Part shown: in pieces, positions 34,413 to 44,237 of the stretch
Numbering within the stretch: position 1 is the stretch's first letter
Layout of the letters: each line of letters opens with the position of its first letter
NCBI GenBank assembly: GCA_002422205.1
Contig: DITS01000001.1
Coordinates: forward strand, 19,221 to 83,220
From: Alphaproteobacteria bacterium UBA6178
GTDB taxonomy: Bacteria; Pseudomonadota; Alphaproteobacteria; Rickettsiales; UBA3002
Direction of reading: 5' to 3'
Length of the DNA: 64,000 nt
Notes under the pieces: generated by a model
Databases searched by the model: none
Told to the model about the DNA's origin: nothing
The model's input: the letters and a program-made list of their open reading frames with translations, nothing else
Position numbers and translations under genes: made by a program

Positions 34413-36083
34413 ATGTCCACCACTCCATATCGCGTGCTTGCCCGTACCTACCGGCCCCAGAATTTTGACGATCTGATCGGTCAGGATGTCTTGGTGCGCA
34501 CCCTCACCAATGCCTTTGCCAGCAATCGCATCGCGCATGCCTTTCTGCTTACTGGCATTCGCGGCATCGGCAAAACCACCACCGCGCGTATTATCGCACG
34601 CGGGCTGAACTGCACCGGCGTCGATGGGCAGGGTGGCCCCACCACTTCCCCTTGCGGCGAATGCGCCAATTGCAAAATGATCTTAGATGATCGCCATATG
34701 GACGTGATCGAGATGGACGCCGCATCCCGCACCGGCGTCGATGATATCCGCGACATCATCGACATGGTGCAATATGCGCCCAGCAGCGCGCGCTACAAAA
34801 TCTTCATCATCGACGAAGTGCACATGCTATCGAAAAACGCGTTCAACGCGTTGCTCAAAACGCTGGAAGAGCCGCCCGCGCATGTGAAATTTATTTTTGC
34901 CACCACGGAGCTTCGCAAAATTCCCATCACCATTGTCTCACGTTGTCAGCGCTTTGATTTGCGCCGTATCGAGATTGATCGCCTTACCGAGCATCTAAGT
35001 GCGATATGCTCGAAAGAATCCGTGGTTGCAGATAATGAAAGCCTTAAACTCATTGCCACCGCCGCCGAAGGCTCAGTACGCGATTCCTTGTCGCTGCTCG
35101 ATCAGGCCATCGCCATGAGCCGCGATGAAAACGGCAGCGTGACGATTGCCGAATCCGCCATCCGCGATATGCTGGGCCTTGCCGATAAAACCCGCGCCTT
35201 CACCTTGCTAGAGCATGTGTTTACCGGCAAAGCAGCCGAGGCCGTCGCCGATATCCGCGAGCTGTATCAGCGTGGCGGCGATCCGTTGCAAATGCTGTCC
35301 GATCTATTATCGCTGACGCATTTTATCACGCGCATCAAGCTGGCTGAGGCGCTGGCGCAGGATGTGCATTATTCCGATATCGAGCAGCAACGCGCAAAAA
35401 CCTTAGCGGGCAAGCTCGATATGGCCGCCCTCACCCGCGCATGGCAAATGCTGCTGAAAGGCATGCAGGAAATTAAAATTGCGCCGCAGCCGCTGGCCGC
35501 GACCGAGATGATTCTGATTCGTCTGGCCTATGCGTCCACCCTGCCCTCGCCGGATGAATTAATTCGTAAAATCGAAAAAGGTGATTTTGCGGCAAGTAGC
35601 GCCAGCCCTAGCGCGCCCGCATCCGCGCCCATGGGCGCACCGAGCGCGCGCGGCGGTAATCTTGCGCTGGCCACCAAACAAGAAGCCGCGCCCATTCTCA
35701 CCCCCGCCGCGCAGCCTGCTGCCATAATAGAATCTTACGTGGAAGCGGTGGCGTTATTTGATAAGCACCGCGAGGCGTTGCTCTATTCGCAGCTCAAAAA
35801 CGAAGTGCGGCTGATTCGCTTTACGCAAGGCCATATCGAAGTGCATCCCGTGGGCCATCTGGGTGCCGATTTTGCCGCCCGCGTCAGTCGTCATTTATCG
35901 GACTGGACGCAACAAAAATGGCTACTCACCTTCGCCGAGGGTGAGGGTGAGCCGACCTTGCGCGAGCAGGAAATAGCCGCCGACAAACAACGTTTTGCCT
36001 ACGCCGCCGCGCATCCATCCATCGAAGCGGTGCGGCAGGCATTTGGCGAAGTAAACATATTACAGATACAAGCAGAGGACTGA
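34413..36083 (+). CDS. dnaX: DNA polymerase III subunits gamma/tau
   Basis: 556 aa. AHAFLLTGIRGIGKTTTARI, the zinc module CGECANC, and IFIIDEVHMLS. Confidence 0.93.
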   Translation: MSTTPYRVLARTYRPQNFDDLIGQDVLVRTLTNAFASNRIAHAFLLTGIRGIGKTTTARIIARGLNCTGVDGQGGPTTSPCGECANCKMILDDRHMDVIEMDAASRTGVDDIRDIIDMVQYAPSSARYKIFIIDEVHMLSKNAFNALLKTLEEPPAHVKFIFATTELRKIPITIVSRCQRFDLRRIEIDRLTEHLSAICSKESVVADNESLKLIATAAEGSVRDSLSLLDQAIAMSRDENGSVTIAESAIRDMLGLADKTRAFTLLEHVFTGKAAEAVADIRELYQRGGDPLQMLSDLLSLTHFITRIKLAEALAQDVHYSDIEQQRAKTLAGKLDMAALTRAWQMLLKGMQEIKIAPQPLAATEMILIRLAYASTLPSPDELIRKIEKGDFAASSASPSAPASAPMGAPSARGGNLALATKQEAAPILTPAAQPAAIIESYVEAVALFDKHREALLYSQLKNEVRLIRFTQGHIEVHPVGHLGADFAARVSRHLSDWTQQKWLLTFAEGEGEPTLREQEIAADKQRFAYAAAHPSIEAVRQAFGEVNILQIQAED

Positions 36084-36091
36084 AGGAGAGA

Positions 36092-36415
36092 ATGATGAAC
36101 CTACAAAAAATGATGAAGCAGGCGCAGGAAATGCAAAGCAAAATGGCGCAAATGCAGGAAGAGCTGGAATCACGCGAATTCGAAGGCGCGTCCGGTGCTG
36201 GCATGGTAAAAGTCACCCTCACCGGCAAAGGCGCAATGACCAAGCTCTCCATCGATGCATCACTGATGAATGCCGATGAAAAAGACATGCTCGAAGACCT
36301 CATCATCGCCGCGCATAACGACGCCAAAACCAAAGCCGATGACGGCGCCGCAGACGAAATGAAAAAACTCACCGGCGGGTTGCAATTACCCCCGGGCATG
36401 AAGATGCCTTTTTGA
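36092..36415 (+). CDS. ybaB: nucleoid-associated protein YbaB/EbfC
   Basis: 107 aa. MMNLQKMMKQAQEMQSKMAQMQEELE...GAGMVKVTLTGKG. Confidence 0.9.
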   Translation: MMNLQKMMKQAQEMQSKMAQMQEELESREFEGASGAGMVKVTLTGKGAMTKLSIDASLMNADEKDMLEDLIIAAHNDAKTKADDGAADEMKKLTGGLQLPPGMKMPF

Positions 36416-36522
36416 GGGTTGAGAGGCTAGAGGCTAGAGACTAGGGATCACTTTATCTCTTTATCTTCCCTTACCCCTAACCTCTAGCCTCTAGCCTCTA
36501 ACCTCTAGCCCCTAACCCCTAG
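36414..36522. repeat. inverted heptad arrays between ybaB and recR
   Basis: The left arm is GAGGCTA GAGGCTA GAGACTA (36423-36443). The right arm has seven heptads, CCCCTAA CCTCTAG CCTCTAG CCTCTAA CCTCTAG CCCCTAA CCCCTAG (36474-36522). The arms are mutually complementary. The ybaB stop lies at the left edge and the recR ATG is 7 nt after the right arm. Confidence 0.85.
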
Positions 36523-36529
36523 ATTCCTC

Positions 36530-37126
36530 ATGCCTAATGCCTCATCGATAGACACCCTCATCACCCAGTTCGCCAAGCTGCCGGGCATTGGTCCGCGTTC
36601 GGCGCGCCGCATTGTGTTGCAGCTGATCCGCAAAAAAGCGCAGCTGATGCAGCCGCTAATTACGGTGTTGCAAGACTCGCTTGAGCATATTGTCACCTGC
36701 ACCGATTGCGGCAATATCGACACCTCCGACCCATGCAGCATTTGTGCCGATGAAGCGCGCGATAATAGCATCATTTGCGTGGTTGAAGACCTCGCCGATT
36801 TATGGGCGATCGAGCGCAGCCGCTTGTATAAAGGACGCTATCATGTGTTGGGCGGCACGCTATCGGCTATTGACGGGCGCGGCCCCGCCGCCCTCAATAT
36901 CGACGCGCTGGTAACGCGCGCCGCACAGCCTGAAGTGGTGGAAATCATCCTCGCCACCAATGCCACCGTCGAGGGCCAAACCACCGCGCATTACCTCACC
37001 GAGCGGCTGGCCGCCTGCTCAGTTGCCACGTCACGTTTGGCGCAAGGCATCCCCATGGGCGGCGAGTTGGATTATCTCGATGACGGGACATTGGGCGCCG
37101 CGCTGAAGGCGCGGAGTGCGTTCTAA
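36530..37126 (+). CDS. recR: recombination protein RecR
   Basis: 198 aa. [11 protein letters not shown] helix-hairpin-helix, a C4 zinc finger ([16 protein letters not shown]) and a Toprim domain. Confidence 0.93.
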   Translation: MPNASSIDTLITQFAKLPGIGPRSARRIVLQLIRKKAQLMQPLITVLQDSLEHIVTCTDCGNIDTSDPCSICADEARDNSIICVVEDLADLWAIERSRLYKGRYHVLGGTLSAIDGRGPAALNIDALVTRAAQPEVVEIILATNATVEGQTTAHYLTERLAACSVATSRLAQGIPMGGELDYLDDGTLGAALKARSAF

Positions 37127-37133
37127 TGATCCT

Positions 37134-37213
37134 GTCATGCCGTGTTTATCACGGCATCCGGCCTTAAGACCAGACCCCGTCATGCTGAACCTAAAACCTG
37201 TAACCTAACACCT
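37134..37213. repeat. intergenic repeat block: H3 (37134-37157), half H2 (37171-37185), AACCT-type heptads (37187-37213)
   Basis: GTCATGCCGTG-tttat-CACGGCAT; CAGACCCCGTCATGC; AAAACCT GTAACCT AACACCT. Confidence 0.8.
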
Positions 37214-37217
37214 ACCC

Positions 37218-38570
37218 TCACGCACTCATCTTATCGTCAATCGCCAGCAGCTCATCCACTTCCACCGCTTCGGCGCTGACGTCCTGATCGCGGTCGATGA
37301 CGTCGTAGGACTTAATCGCCAGCGGCATCGGCTTGGAGGATTGCACGCCCAGATTTTCGATATGGCGCAGTTTGGGCAGTAGTCTTGTGTTGATCGATTT
37401 CGCAAAGGCATCAAATTTTTTCGCCGCGCCCTGAATGTTTTTACCCACACCATCCACATGCATCAACGCGGTCGCAAAGCTGCCCATCACCTCGCGCAGC
37501 TGGCTGATGATATGTTGCTGATTCGCATCACGCTTGGCGGCAGAAATCTGCTGATTCGCGAGTGAGAACAACGCTGCCAGACTCGCAGGCCCCGCCATAA
37601 ATAAATTCGCCTTTTCGCATTTCTCGGCGATGCTCGGATCGGCCTTGCGTAGCTTTTCAATCGCCGCATCCGATGGCAGATACATCACATTAAAACGCAG
37701 GCCCACCGCAATGCCCTGCTTTTTCATCATACGTTCGACCTCGTCGGCATATTGCTTTTGCGACAGCGCGCGGATATGGCTGTGCATGCTGGCAATCAGC
37801 TGTTTCATCACCTCCGCCTCGCGTTCGGTGCCCTCTGCTTGGGCCAGCTCCAGCATGAATTTCGACGCTTTCGAATCAATCACCATCACCATATCCTGCG
37901 GCAGGCGGATCACCGCATCGGGGCGAAAATTGCCGCCCTCATCGCTGCTGGTATGGTATTGCATGAAAAAATCCTGACCCGATACCAGTCCTAAATTTTT
38001 CAAGCTATTCTCCAGCCCGATTTCGGATAAATGCCCCGCGCCGCCGGGATTCGTCAGCGCGCGCATGACCGTTTCCACCTGCTTCGATGTGGCTTGTTCG
38101 CGCGTTTGAATCGCGGTGACCGATTGCGTCAGCTTGCTGAAATTCTCCATCAGCGTTTCGGTGGTTTTATGCGCCAGTTTTTCGCTTTCCTTTTTCGCGG
38201 CTTCCATTTCGCGTTTATGATCTTCGAGCAGTTTGGTCGACATTTGCGCGCCCGCTTCCATCACGGATGCTTTGGCCGCCTGTTTCATTTCTTCGATGGT
38301 TTTTTCATGCATTTGCATACGTTCCAGCACATGGCGGGATTTTTCCTGCTCGATGCTCACCTGTTTTTCCGCTGCAATGCGTGCGTCAATCGCTGCCTGC
38401 AATTGGTTACGTAAGTCTTGGGCGGATTCGTTCTGGCTGGCTGTCACCGCGCGTTCCACCTCATAATGCGACAATTGTGCACGCGCTTTGACCAGCGCCC
38501 GAAACGCTAAAAATGCCACCACCATAAACAAAAGCGCCATTGCGCTTGCAAAAATAAATGCAACATTCAT
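37218..38570 (-). CDS. rmuC: DNA recombination protein RmuC
   Basis: 450 aa. N-terminal TM, long coiled coil, and the RmuC nuclease-like C-terminal domain (RPDAVIRLPQDMVMVIDSK). Confidence 0.85.
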   Translation of the reverse strand: MNVAFIFASAMALLFMVVAFLAFRALVKARAQLSHYEVERAVTASQNESAQDLRNQLQAAIDARIAAEKQVSIEQEKSRHVLERMQMHEKTIEEMKQAAKASVMEAGAQMSTKLLEDHKREMEAAKKESEKLAHKTTETLMENFSKLTQSVTAIQTREQATSKQVETVMRALTNPGGAGHLSEIGLENSLKNLGLVSGQDFFMQYHTSSDEGGNFRPDAVIRLPQDMVMVIDSKASKFMLELAQAEGTEREAEVMKQLIASMHSHIRALSQKQYADEVERMMKKQGIAVGLRFNVMYLPSDAAIEKLRKADPSIAEKCEKANLFMAGPASLAALFSLANQQISAAKRDANQQHIISQLREVMGSFATALMHVDGVGKNIQGAAKKFDAFAKSINTRLLPKLRHIENLGVQSSKPMPLAIKSYDVIDRDQDVSAEAVEVDELLAIDDKMSA

Positions 38571-38614
38571 ATTCTGTACCCACTTTATACTCTATGGCGA
38601 AGGATAGCATTTTC

Positions 38615-39973
38615 ATGACAGAACACAACCATGCAAGCACTGCCGCCATCATTCTTGCCGCAGGGCGCGGCACACGGATGCGCTCCGATATTCCCAAAGT
38701 GTTGCATCCGGTTGCCAGCGTGCCCATGCTGGCGCATGTGATGGATGCGGCCAAAGCCGCCGCTTGCGCGCCGCTGGTGGTGGTGAGCGCGCCCGATATG
38801 CCCGAAGTGGCCGCCGTCGCCCGCGCGCGTGACAGCCATTGCCGTATTGCACTTCAGGCCACGCAGCAAGGCACCGCCCATGCCGTACTCGCCGCCAAAG
38901 ATTCGCTCGCCGATCATACCGGCAATGTGCTGGTATTGTTCGGCGACAGCCCGCTGATGATGCCCGACACCTTCATCCGCATGCAGGAGATGCTATCGCG
39001 CAATCCGGCACTGGCGGTGGTGGTGCTTGGGTTTTATACCGACTATCCGCCCGCCTATGGCCGCCTGATTCTGGATGAAACCGGCACACTCCACCGCATT
39101 GTCGAGGCCAAAGACGCCACGCCCGACGAGTTGGCCATCGGCTGGTGCAATTCCGGCGTGATGGCGATTCGCGGGTCGCTGGTGTGGGAGCTGCTTGAGC
39201 AGATCGGCAGCAATAATGCACAAGGTGAATATTACCTCACCGATATTGTCGCGGTGGCGCGTAAGCTGGGTTATCAATGCGCGGTATGCGAAGGCGCGCA
39301 AGACGAGGTGCTGGGCGTGAATTCGCGCGCGCAACTCGCCGATGCCGAGGCGATTTTGCAAGACCGCCTGCGTCTTCGCGCAATGGAGCAAGGCGCCACC
39401 CTGATTGCGCCCGAGACCGTTTATCTTTGCGCCGATACCGAGCTGGGCCACGACGTGCTGATCGAGCCAAACGTGTTTATCGGCCCCAATGTGGTGATTG
39501 GCGACAAGGTGCATATCAAGGCTTTTTCGCATATCGAAGGCACCGTCATCGGCAATGGCGCCAGCGTCGGGCCGTTCGCACGGCTACGTCCGGGCACCGG
39601 CGTTGGCGAAGATGTCAAAATCGGCAATTTCGTCGAAATCAAAAAAGCACAGATTGAAAAAGGCGCCAAAATTTCACACCTATCCTATATCGGCGATGCG
39701 CATGTGGGCGAAGATGCCAATATCGGCGCAGGCACTATCACCTGCAATTATGATGGCTATAAAAAATACCATACCGAAATCGGGCGTGACGTATTTATCG
39801 GCTCCAACTCGGCGCTGGTCGCCCCCGTTGTTATTGGTGCTGGTGCCTATGTCGGCGCTGGCTCCGTGGTCACCGAAAATGTCGAAGCCGATGCGCTTGC
39901 CATCAGCCGCTCGCGCCAAACCCATAAAGACGAATGGGCGAAGAACTTCCGGAAAAAGATGGATGAGAAGTAG
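38615..39973 (+). CDS. glmU: bifunctional UDP-N-acetylglucosamine pyrophosphorylase / glucosamine-1-phosphate N-acetyltransferase
   Basis: Start at the internal Met (MTEHNHASTAAIILAAGRGTRM). The C-terminus has left-handed beta-helix hexapeptide repeats. Confidence 0.92.
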   Translation: MTEHNHASTAAIILAAGRGTRMRSDIPKVLHPVASVPMLAHVMDAAKAAACAPLVVVSAPDMPEVAAVARARDSHCRIALQATQQGTAHAVLAAKDSLADHTGNVLVLFGDSPLMMPDTFIRMQEMLSRNPALAVVVLGFYTDYPPAYGRLILDETGTLHRIVEAKDATPDELAIGWCNSGVMAIRGSLVWELLEQIGSNNAQGEYYLTDIVAVARKLGYQCAVCEGAQDEVLGVNSRAQLADAEAILQDRLRLRAMEQGATLIAPETVYLCADTELGHDVLIEPNVFIGPNVVIGDKVHIKAFSHIEGTVIGNGASVGPFARLRPGTGVGEDVKIGNFVEIKKAQIEKGAKISHLSYIGDAHVGEDANIGAGTITCNYDGYKKYHTEIGRDVFIGSNSALVAPVVIGAGAYVGAGSVVTENVEADALAISRSRQTHKDEWAKNFRKKMDEK

Positions 39974-40009
39974 AGCATGAACGTGCGAAGCGGTAAAACC
40001 GTTGTGAAT

Positions 40010-40080
40010 GTCACCCCGTCGCATGACGGGGTCTGGCCTTTTTATTTAGCTGCCGGATGCCGTGACAAGCACGGCATGAC
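40010..40080. repeat. intergenic repeat block: H2 (40010-40033, followed by a T-run) and H3 (40057-40080)
   Basis: GTCACCCCGTCGCATGACGGGGTCtggccTTTTT; ATGCCGTG-acaag-CACGGCATGAC. Confidence 0.85.
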
Positions 40081-40089
40081 AACGAGGTG

Positions 40090-40590
40090 CTAAGCCAGCA
40101 TCGTCTCCACACGACCAGCCAGTAACCTAAGCGCCATATCCACGGTTCTCATGCGTACCGCCTCACGGTCACCACTGAATTGATGTCGCTGCACCATCAC
40201 CTCGCCACCCAGCATCGCACTCGCAATATACACCAGCCCCACCGGCTTATTCGCTGTACCACCGGTTGGCCCCGCTACACCGGTAACTGCCACCGACAAT
40301 TGCGCGCCCGAATAAGTCAGCGCGCCTTCGGCCATCACGCGTGCCACCTCTTCGCTCACCGCGCCATGCAGCGCAATCATCACCGACGGTATGCCAAGCA
40401 TTTGCGCTTTGGATGCATTGCTATAGGTCACGAACCCGCGCTCGAATACATCAGACGATCCGGCAACGGAGGTGAGCAATCCGGCGATCAATCCCCCCGT
40501 ACAGGATTCGGCTGTCGCCAGCATCACGCCGCGCGTACGGCAGTGCTGCAGCAACTGCTCGGCCTGCTTTTGTAATGCATCATCGAACAT
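40090..40590 (-). CDS. pncC: CinA-family nicotinamide-nucleotide amidohydrolase (PncC-like, C-terminal domain only)
   Basis: 166 aa. LATAESCTGGLIAGLLTSVAGSSDVFERGFVTYSN. Confidence 0.85.
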   Translation of the reverse strand: MFDDALQKQAEQLLQHCRTRGVMLATAESCTGGLIAGLLTSVAGSSDVFERGFVTYSNASKAQMLGIPSVMIALHGAVSEEVARVMAEGALTYSGAQLSVAVTGVAGPTGGTANKPVGLVYIASAMLGGEVMVQRHQFSGDREAVRMRTVDMALRLLAGRVETMLA

Positions 40591-40602
40591 ATTGTGCCTC
40601 CT

Positions 40603-41112
40603 TTACTGTCGGAGCGTAATGTCAATCCACCCCATTGCTGTGGCCAGATGCCCCAATGCACCCAGTGTAACACAGGCTGCAATCGCGGCGGCCACATCAT
40701 CCACCATCACCCCGAACCCACCTTTCACCTTGCGGTCAATCAGGCTGATCGGCCAGGGCTTCACAATATCAAAAAAACGAAAGGCTACAAAGCCCGCACC
40801 ATACAGCCAGATAATCAGCTCGATGTGCGGCTGCATCCACATCAACGGCATCAGGCAGAACACCAGCCACATGCCCACCACCTCATCCACCACAATCTCG
40901 CCGGGGTCATGCGCCATGCCTTCGCGCTGCATGTAGCGATCGGATGCGAGACAGCCCGCCACAAATACCAATGCCGTCGCCACGCACAGCGCCACCATGC
41001 CCGCCTGTGTCTGAATCACATACGCAAAGGGTAGCGCTGCCAGCGTCCCCGCCGTGCCCTTGGCTTTAGGCACCAGCCCGCTACCCAACCATGTGACAAA
41101 TAATTTCAGCAT
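40603..41112 (-). CDS. pgpA: phosphatidylglycerophosphatase A
   Basis: 169 aa. GSGLVPKAKGTAGTLAALP...DPGEIVVDEVVGMW...RFFDIVKPWPI. Confidence 0.88.
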   Translation of the reverse strand: MLKLFVTWLGSGLVPKAKGTAGTLAALPFAYVIQTQAGMVALCVATALVFVAGCLASDRYMQREGMAHDPGEIVVDEVVGMWLVFCLMPLMWMQPHIELIIWLYGAGFVAFRFFDIVKPWPISLIDRKVKGGFGVMVDDVAAAIAACVTLGALGHLATAMGWIDITLRQ

Positions 41113-41134
41113 TGTTTTACTACCCTTATCATCA

Positions 41135-41258
41135 GACTATCCTGCCTTGTCCTATTGGACTATCTTGCCTTGTCGCCCGACACCAGTATCTATCTTTTCC
41201 TGCCTAACCGACACCCGCACCCTCCGCCCAAGATTCTGGGGTCAATCCCCAGAATGAC
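41135..41258. repeat. intergenic repeats: 17-bp direct repeat x2 (41135-41151, 41158-41174) and hairpin H6 with its CCTCCGCCCAAGAT flank (41221-41258)
   Basis: GACTATCCTGCCTTGTC / GACTATCTTGCCTTGTC (period 23); CCTCCGCCCAAG-ATTCTGGGG-tcaat-CCCCAGAAT-GAC. Confidence 0.8.
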
Positions 41259-41266
41259 ATGAACCA

Positions 41267-42397
41267 TCACACCGTTATTGTTGCCACCGCTTGCGCGGCG
41301 ATGCCTTCGCCGCGGCCTGTGAATCCTAGCCCCTCGGTGGTGGTGGCCTTCACACTGATAACCGATAGATTCACCTGCAACAGCTCCGCCAGCCTTGCAC
41401 GCATGGCGCCGCGATGCGGCGATAGCTTGGGTTGCTCGCAGATGATCGTTATATCAAGATGCACCAGCTGGGCGCCCTGCTTGTCCATCAGCTCCACCAC
41501 ATGCTCAATAAAATGGGCGGAGTCTTTATCCTTCCACTTTGCATCCGTGGGTGGAAAATGCTGGCCAATATCGCCCAGCCCCAAGGCCCCCAGCAGCGCA
41601 TCCGTTACCGCATGCAGCCCCACATCGCCATCCGAATGCGCCTTCAGCGCCAGCGGTGAATCAATTTCGATACCGCACATCATCAGCGGGCGCTGCGCGT
41701 CTTCATAGAGTGCATGCACATCCGTGCCCATGCCCACTTTGGTTACTGGCATTTGCATTGCGTTCCAATCCTGCGCGGTGGTGAGTTTTACATTCTGTGG
41801 CGAGCCTTGCACAATCGCGACGGGTATGCCAGCGGCTTCTGCGACAGCGGCATCATCGGTCAGCGTGTCGCTAACGACTGCCTTATGCGCTGCACAGATC
41901 GCCGCATAGTCAAAGCCCTGCGGGGTTTGCACCGCCATCAGCGCCGCGCGGTCAGGGGTTTCTACCACCAGCCCGTCTGCCACGCGCTTGATGGTATCGG
42001 TGACCGCCATCGCCGGAATCACCGCCTGATGCGTTTTTAGCCCCTCGATCACGCGGCTGATCAGCGCCGCATCCACCATCGGGCGCGCCGCGTCATGAAT
42101 CAGCACCTGTGTGCACCCCGCCACCGCTTGCAACCCGTTTAACACCGATTGCTGGCGTGTCGCGCCGCCTGCTACCGGCTGGGCCATGCTCAGGCCCGCC
42201 ATAGCCGCATCGTAATGCGAGCGGTGCTGCGGGTTGATCACCACCCGCACCTGTGCAATGGCGGGATGCGCCATAAACAGCTCGACCGAATGGCGCAACA
42301 CCGCCTTGCCGCGCAAGCGCCGGTAAGGCTTTGGCACCCCCTCGCCCATGCGGCTGGATGCTCCGGCTGCCACAATAATCACTGCAATATCACGCAT
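41267..42397 (-). CDS. ispDF: bifunctional IspD/IspF (MEP cytidylyltransferase / MEcPP synthase)
   Basis: Start tentatively at MRDIAVIIVAAGASSRMG; alternative in-frame starts are 42418, 42433 and 42475. The IspF half has GMGTDVHAL...SDGDVGLHA... Confidence 0.88.
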   Translation of the reverse strand: MRDIAVIIVAAGASSRMGEGVPKPYRRLRGKAVLRHSVELFMAHPAIAQVRVVINPQHRSHYDAAMAGLSMAQPVAGGATRQQSVLNGLQAVAGCTQVLIHDAARPMVDAALISRVIEGLKTHQAVIPAMAVTDTIKRVADGLVVETPDRAALMAVQTPQGFDYAAICAAHKAVVSDTLTDDAAVAEAAGIPVAIVQGSPQNVKLTTAQDWNAMQMPVTKVGMGTDVHALYEDAQRPLMMCGIEIDSPLALKAHSDGDVGLHAVTDALLGALGLGDIGQHFPPTDAKWKDKDSAHFIEHVVELMDKQGAQLVHLDITIICEQPKLSPHRGAMRARLAELLQVNLSVISVKATTTEGLGFTGRGEGIAAQAVATITV

Positions 42398-42450
42398 AAG
42401 GCTTGAATTTATCTCCATTTTTGCGTATTGCATAGCGCCAACCGCAGGAA

Positions 42451-43473
42451 ATGACAATGACAACCGACCAGGCATCCCGTTTGCAGCCGATTCAGATCGG
42501 CCCGATTACCATCAACGATCCGGTGTTTTTAGCACCGATGACCGGCGTATCCGATTTGCCATTTCGCAAATTGGTGAAGCGCTATGGCGCTGGGCTGGTG
42601 GTGTCGGAAATGATTGCAAGCAAAGCGGTGATTTTAGAGACCAAAAATATCGCCCGTATGAGTGCTTTCGAAGAAGTTGAGCGCCCCTTTGCGATTCAGC
42701 TGGCAGGGTGTGAGCCCGCCGTGATGGCCGAAGCCGCCAAGCTGAATGAGGATCGCGGTGCGGATATTATTGATATTAATTTTGGCTGTCCGGTGAAAAA
42801 AGTCGTCAATGGCATGGCAGGCTCCGCCCTGCTGCGCCATGAAAAACTCGCCGGTGAAATTTTGGAAGCCACCGCCAAAGCGGTGAGCATTCCGGTCACG
42901 CTGAAAATGCGCATGGGCTGGGATCACGCCTCGCTGAATGCGCCCAAAATTGCCAGAATCGCCGAAGAAGTCGGCATTAAAATGATCACCATTCATGGCC
43001 GCACCCGTTGCCAAATGTATAAAGGCTCCGCCGACTGGGCCTTTGTGCGCAGCGTCAAAGAGGCTGTCAATCTGCCCGTCATCGTCAATGGCGATATCAC
43101 CAGCTTCGAGGATGTCGATCATGCGCTGGCGCAATCGGGTGCCGACGGCATTATGATCGGGCGCGGTAGCTATGGACGTCCGTGGTTTCCCAATCAGGTC
43201 ATTCAATATTTGCGCGGGCAATCTGCCGCCGCGCCATCACTCATCGAACAGCTCGCCATCATCGATGAGCATTATGATGAAATGCTGCATTTATATGGTC
43301 ATGAAAATGGTGTGCGCGTGGCGCGCAAGCATCTGGGCTGGTATTCGACGGGGCTCACTGGCTCCGCCGAATTTCGACGCGACATGAACACACTGACCAA
43401 TGCGATGGAGGTGAAGGAGCAGCTGAAGCGGTTCTACCATAGCTGCATCGAACGCGAGCACGCGCTGCAATAG
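42451..43473 (+). CDS. dusB: tRNA-dihydrouridine synthase B (NifR3)
   Basis: 340 aa. [14 protein letters not shown]...[11 protein letters not shown]...HGRTR. Confidence 0.92.
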   Translation: MTMTTDQASRLQPIQIGPITINDPVFLAPMTGVSDLPFRKLVKRYGAGLVVSEMIASKAVILETKNIARMSAFEEVERPFAIQLAGCEPAVMAEAAKLNEDRGADIIDINFGCPVKKVVNGMAGSALLRHEKLAGEILEATAKAVSIPVTLKMRMGWDHASLNAPKIARIAEEVGIKMITIHGRTRCQMYKGSADWAFVRSVKEAVNLPVIVNGDITSFEDVDHALAQSGADGIMIGRGSYGRPWFPNQVIQYLRGQSAAAPSLIEQLAIIDEHYDEMLHLYGHENGVRVARKHLGWYSTGLTGSAEFRRDMNTLTNAMEVKEQLKRFYHSCIEREHALQ

Positions 43474-43475
43474 CC

Positions 43476-44237
43476 ATGAGCGAGCCCAAACTCACTGCCG
43501 CCAAAGCCGATCTTACCGCCAGTCACGGCACGCATGATATCAGCCGCTCCGCCGCCATCATGGCCGCCATGCTGGCGCATGAGGTGAAAAATCCGCTCTC
43601 AGGTATTCGCGGTGCGGCACAGCTGCTCAGGCAACGCGCCAGCGAAGACGACAAACCATTAGCCGATCTGATTTGCCGCGAGGTTGACCGCATTAATACG
43701 CTGATCAATAAAATCGAGTTTTTCTCCAACGAGCCCGTCGCCTGCGCCGAGTCGGTGAATATCCATGAGGTGTTGCAATATGTGCGCGAGGTGGCGCATT
43801 CCACCTTTGCCGCGCATGTGACTATTCAAAGCCGGTATGACCCGTCACTGCCCGATGTACGCGGCGACCGCGAATTGCTGGTGCAGCTGTTTATTAATCT
43901 GGTCAAAAACGCTGCCGAAGCGCTAGAAGGGCGCGATGATGGCGTCATCACCCTCAAAACCGGCTATCAGATCAATCATAAATTTCGCATTGCAGGCCGC
44001 GAGCCTTTTATTTCCCTGCCCATTGCCATCACCATCGAGGATAATGGCGGCGGTATCGCACCCGATCTGCAATCCTCGATTTTTGATCCCTTCGTTACCT
44101 CCAAAGCGCAAGGCAACGGCCTCGGCCTCGCCATCTGCGCCAAAATCGTCGGCGACCATGGCGGCACCATCGCACTCGATACCAGCTTGGCGGGGCATAC
44201 AAGGTTTCATATTTTGTTGGGAGTGGCAAAGAATTAG
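43476..44237 (+). CDS. ntrB: nitrogen-regulation sensor histidine kinase NtrB, short form lacking an N-terminal sensor (PAS) domain
   Basis: 253 aa. The H-box (LAHEVKNPLSGIRGAAQLL) begins at residue ~33. N, G1 and G2 boxes are present. The start is 2 nt after the dusB stop. Confidence 0.85.
   Translation: MSEPKLTAAKADLTASHGTHDISRSAAIMAAMLAHEVKNPLSGIRGAAQLLRQRASEDDKPLADLICREVDRINTLINKIEFFSNEPVACAESVNIHEVLQYVREVAHSTFAAHVTIQSRYDPSLPDVRGDRELLVQLFINLVKNAAEALEGRDDGVITLKTGYQINHKFRIAGREPFISLPIAITIEDNGGGIAPDLQSSIFDPFVTSKAQGNGLGLAICAKIVGDHGGTIALDTSLAGHTRFHILLGVAKN

Noticed and set aside
35560-35600. dnaX programmed -1 frameshift site (gamma/tau)
   Set aside because: The only A-rich stretch (atcGAAAAAGGTgat, about 35571) does not give an X_XXY_YYZ heptamer in the zero frame, and no downstream stem-loop is evident.
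36414-36522. Possible CRISPR arrays among the tandem or inverted repeats (36414-36522, 44237-44395, 46033-46074, 58047-58196)
   Set aside because: The units are 7-14 nt, or 73 nt, with no unique spacers of regular length between them. No cas genes are in the window.
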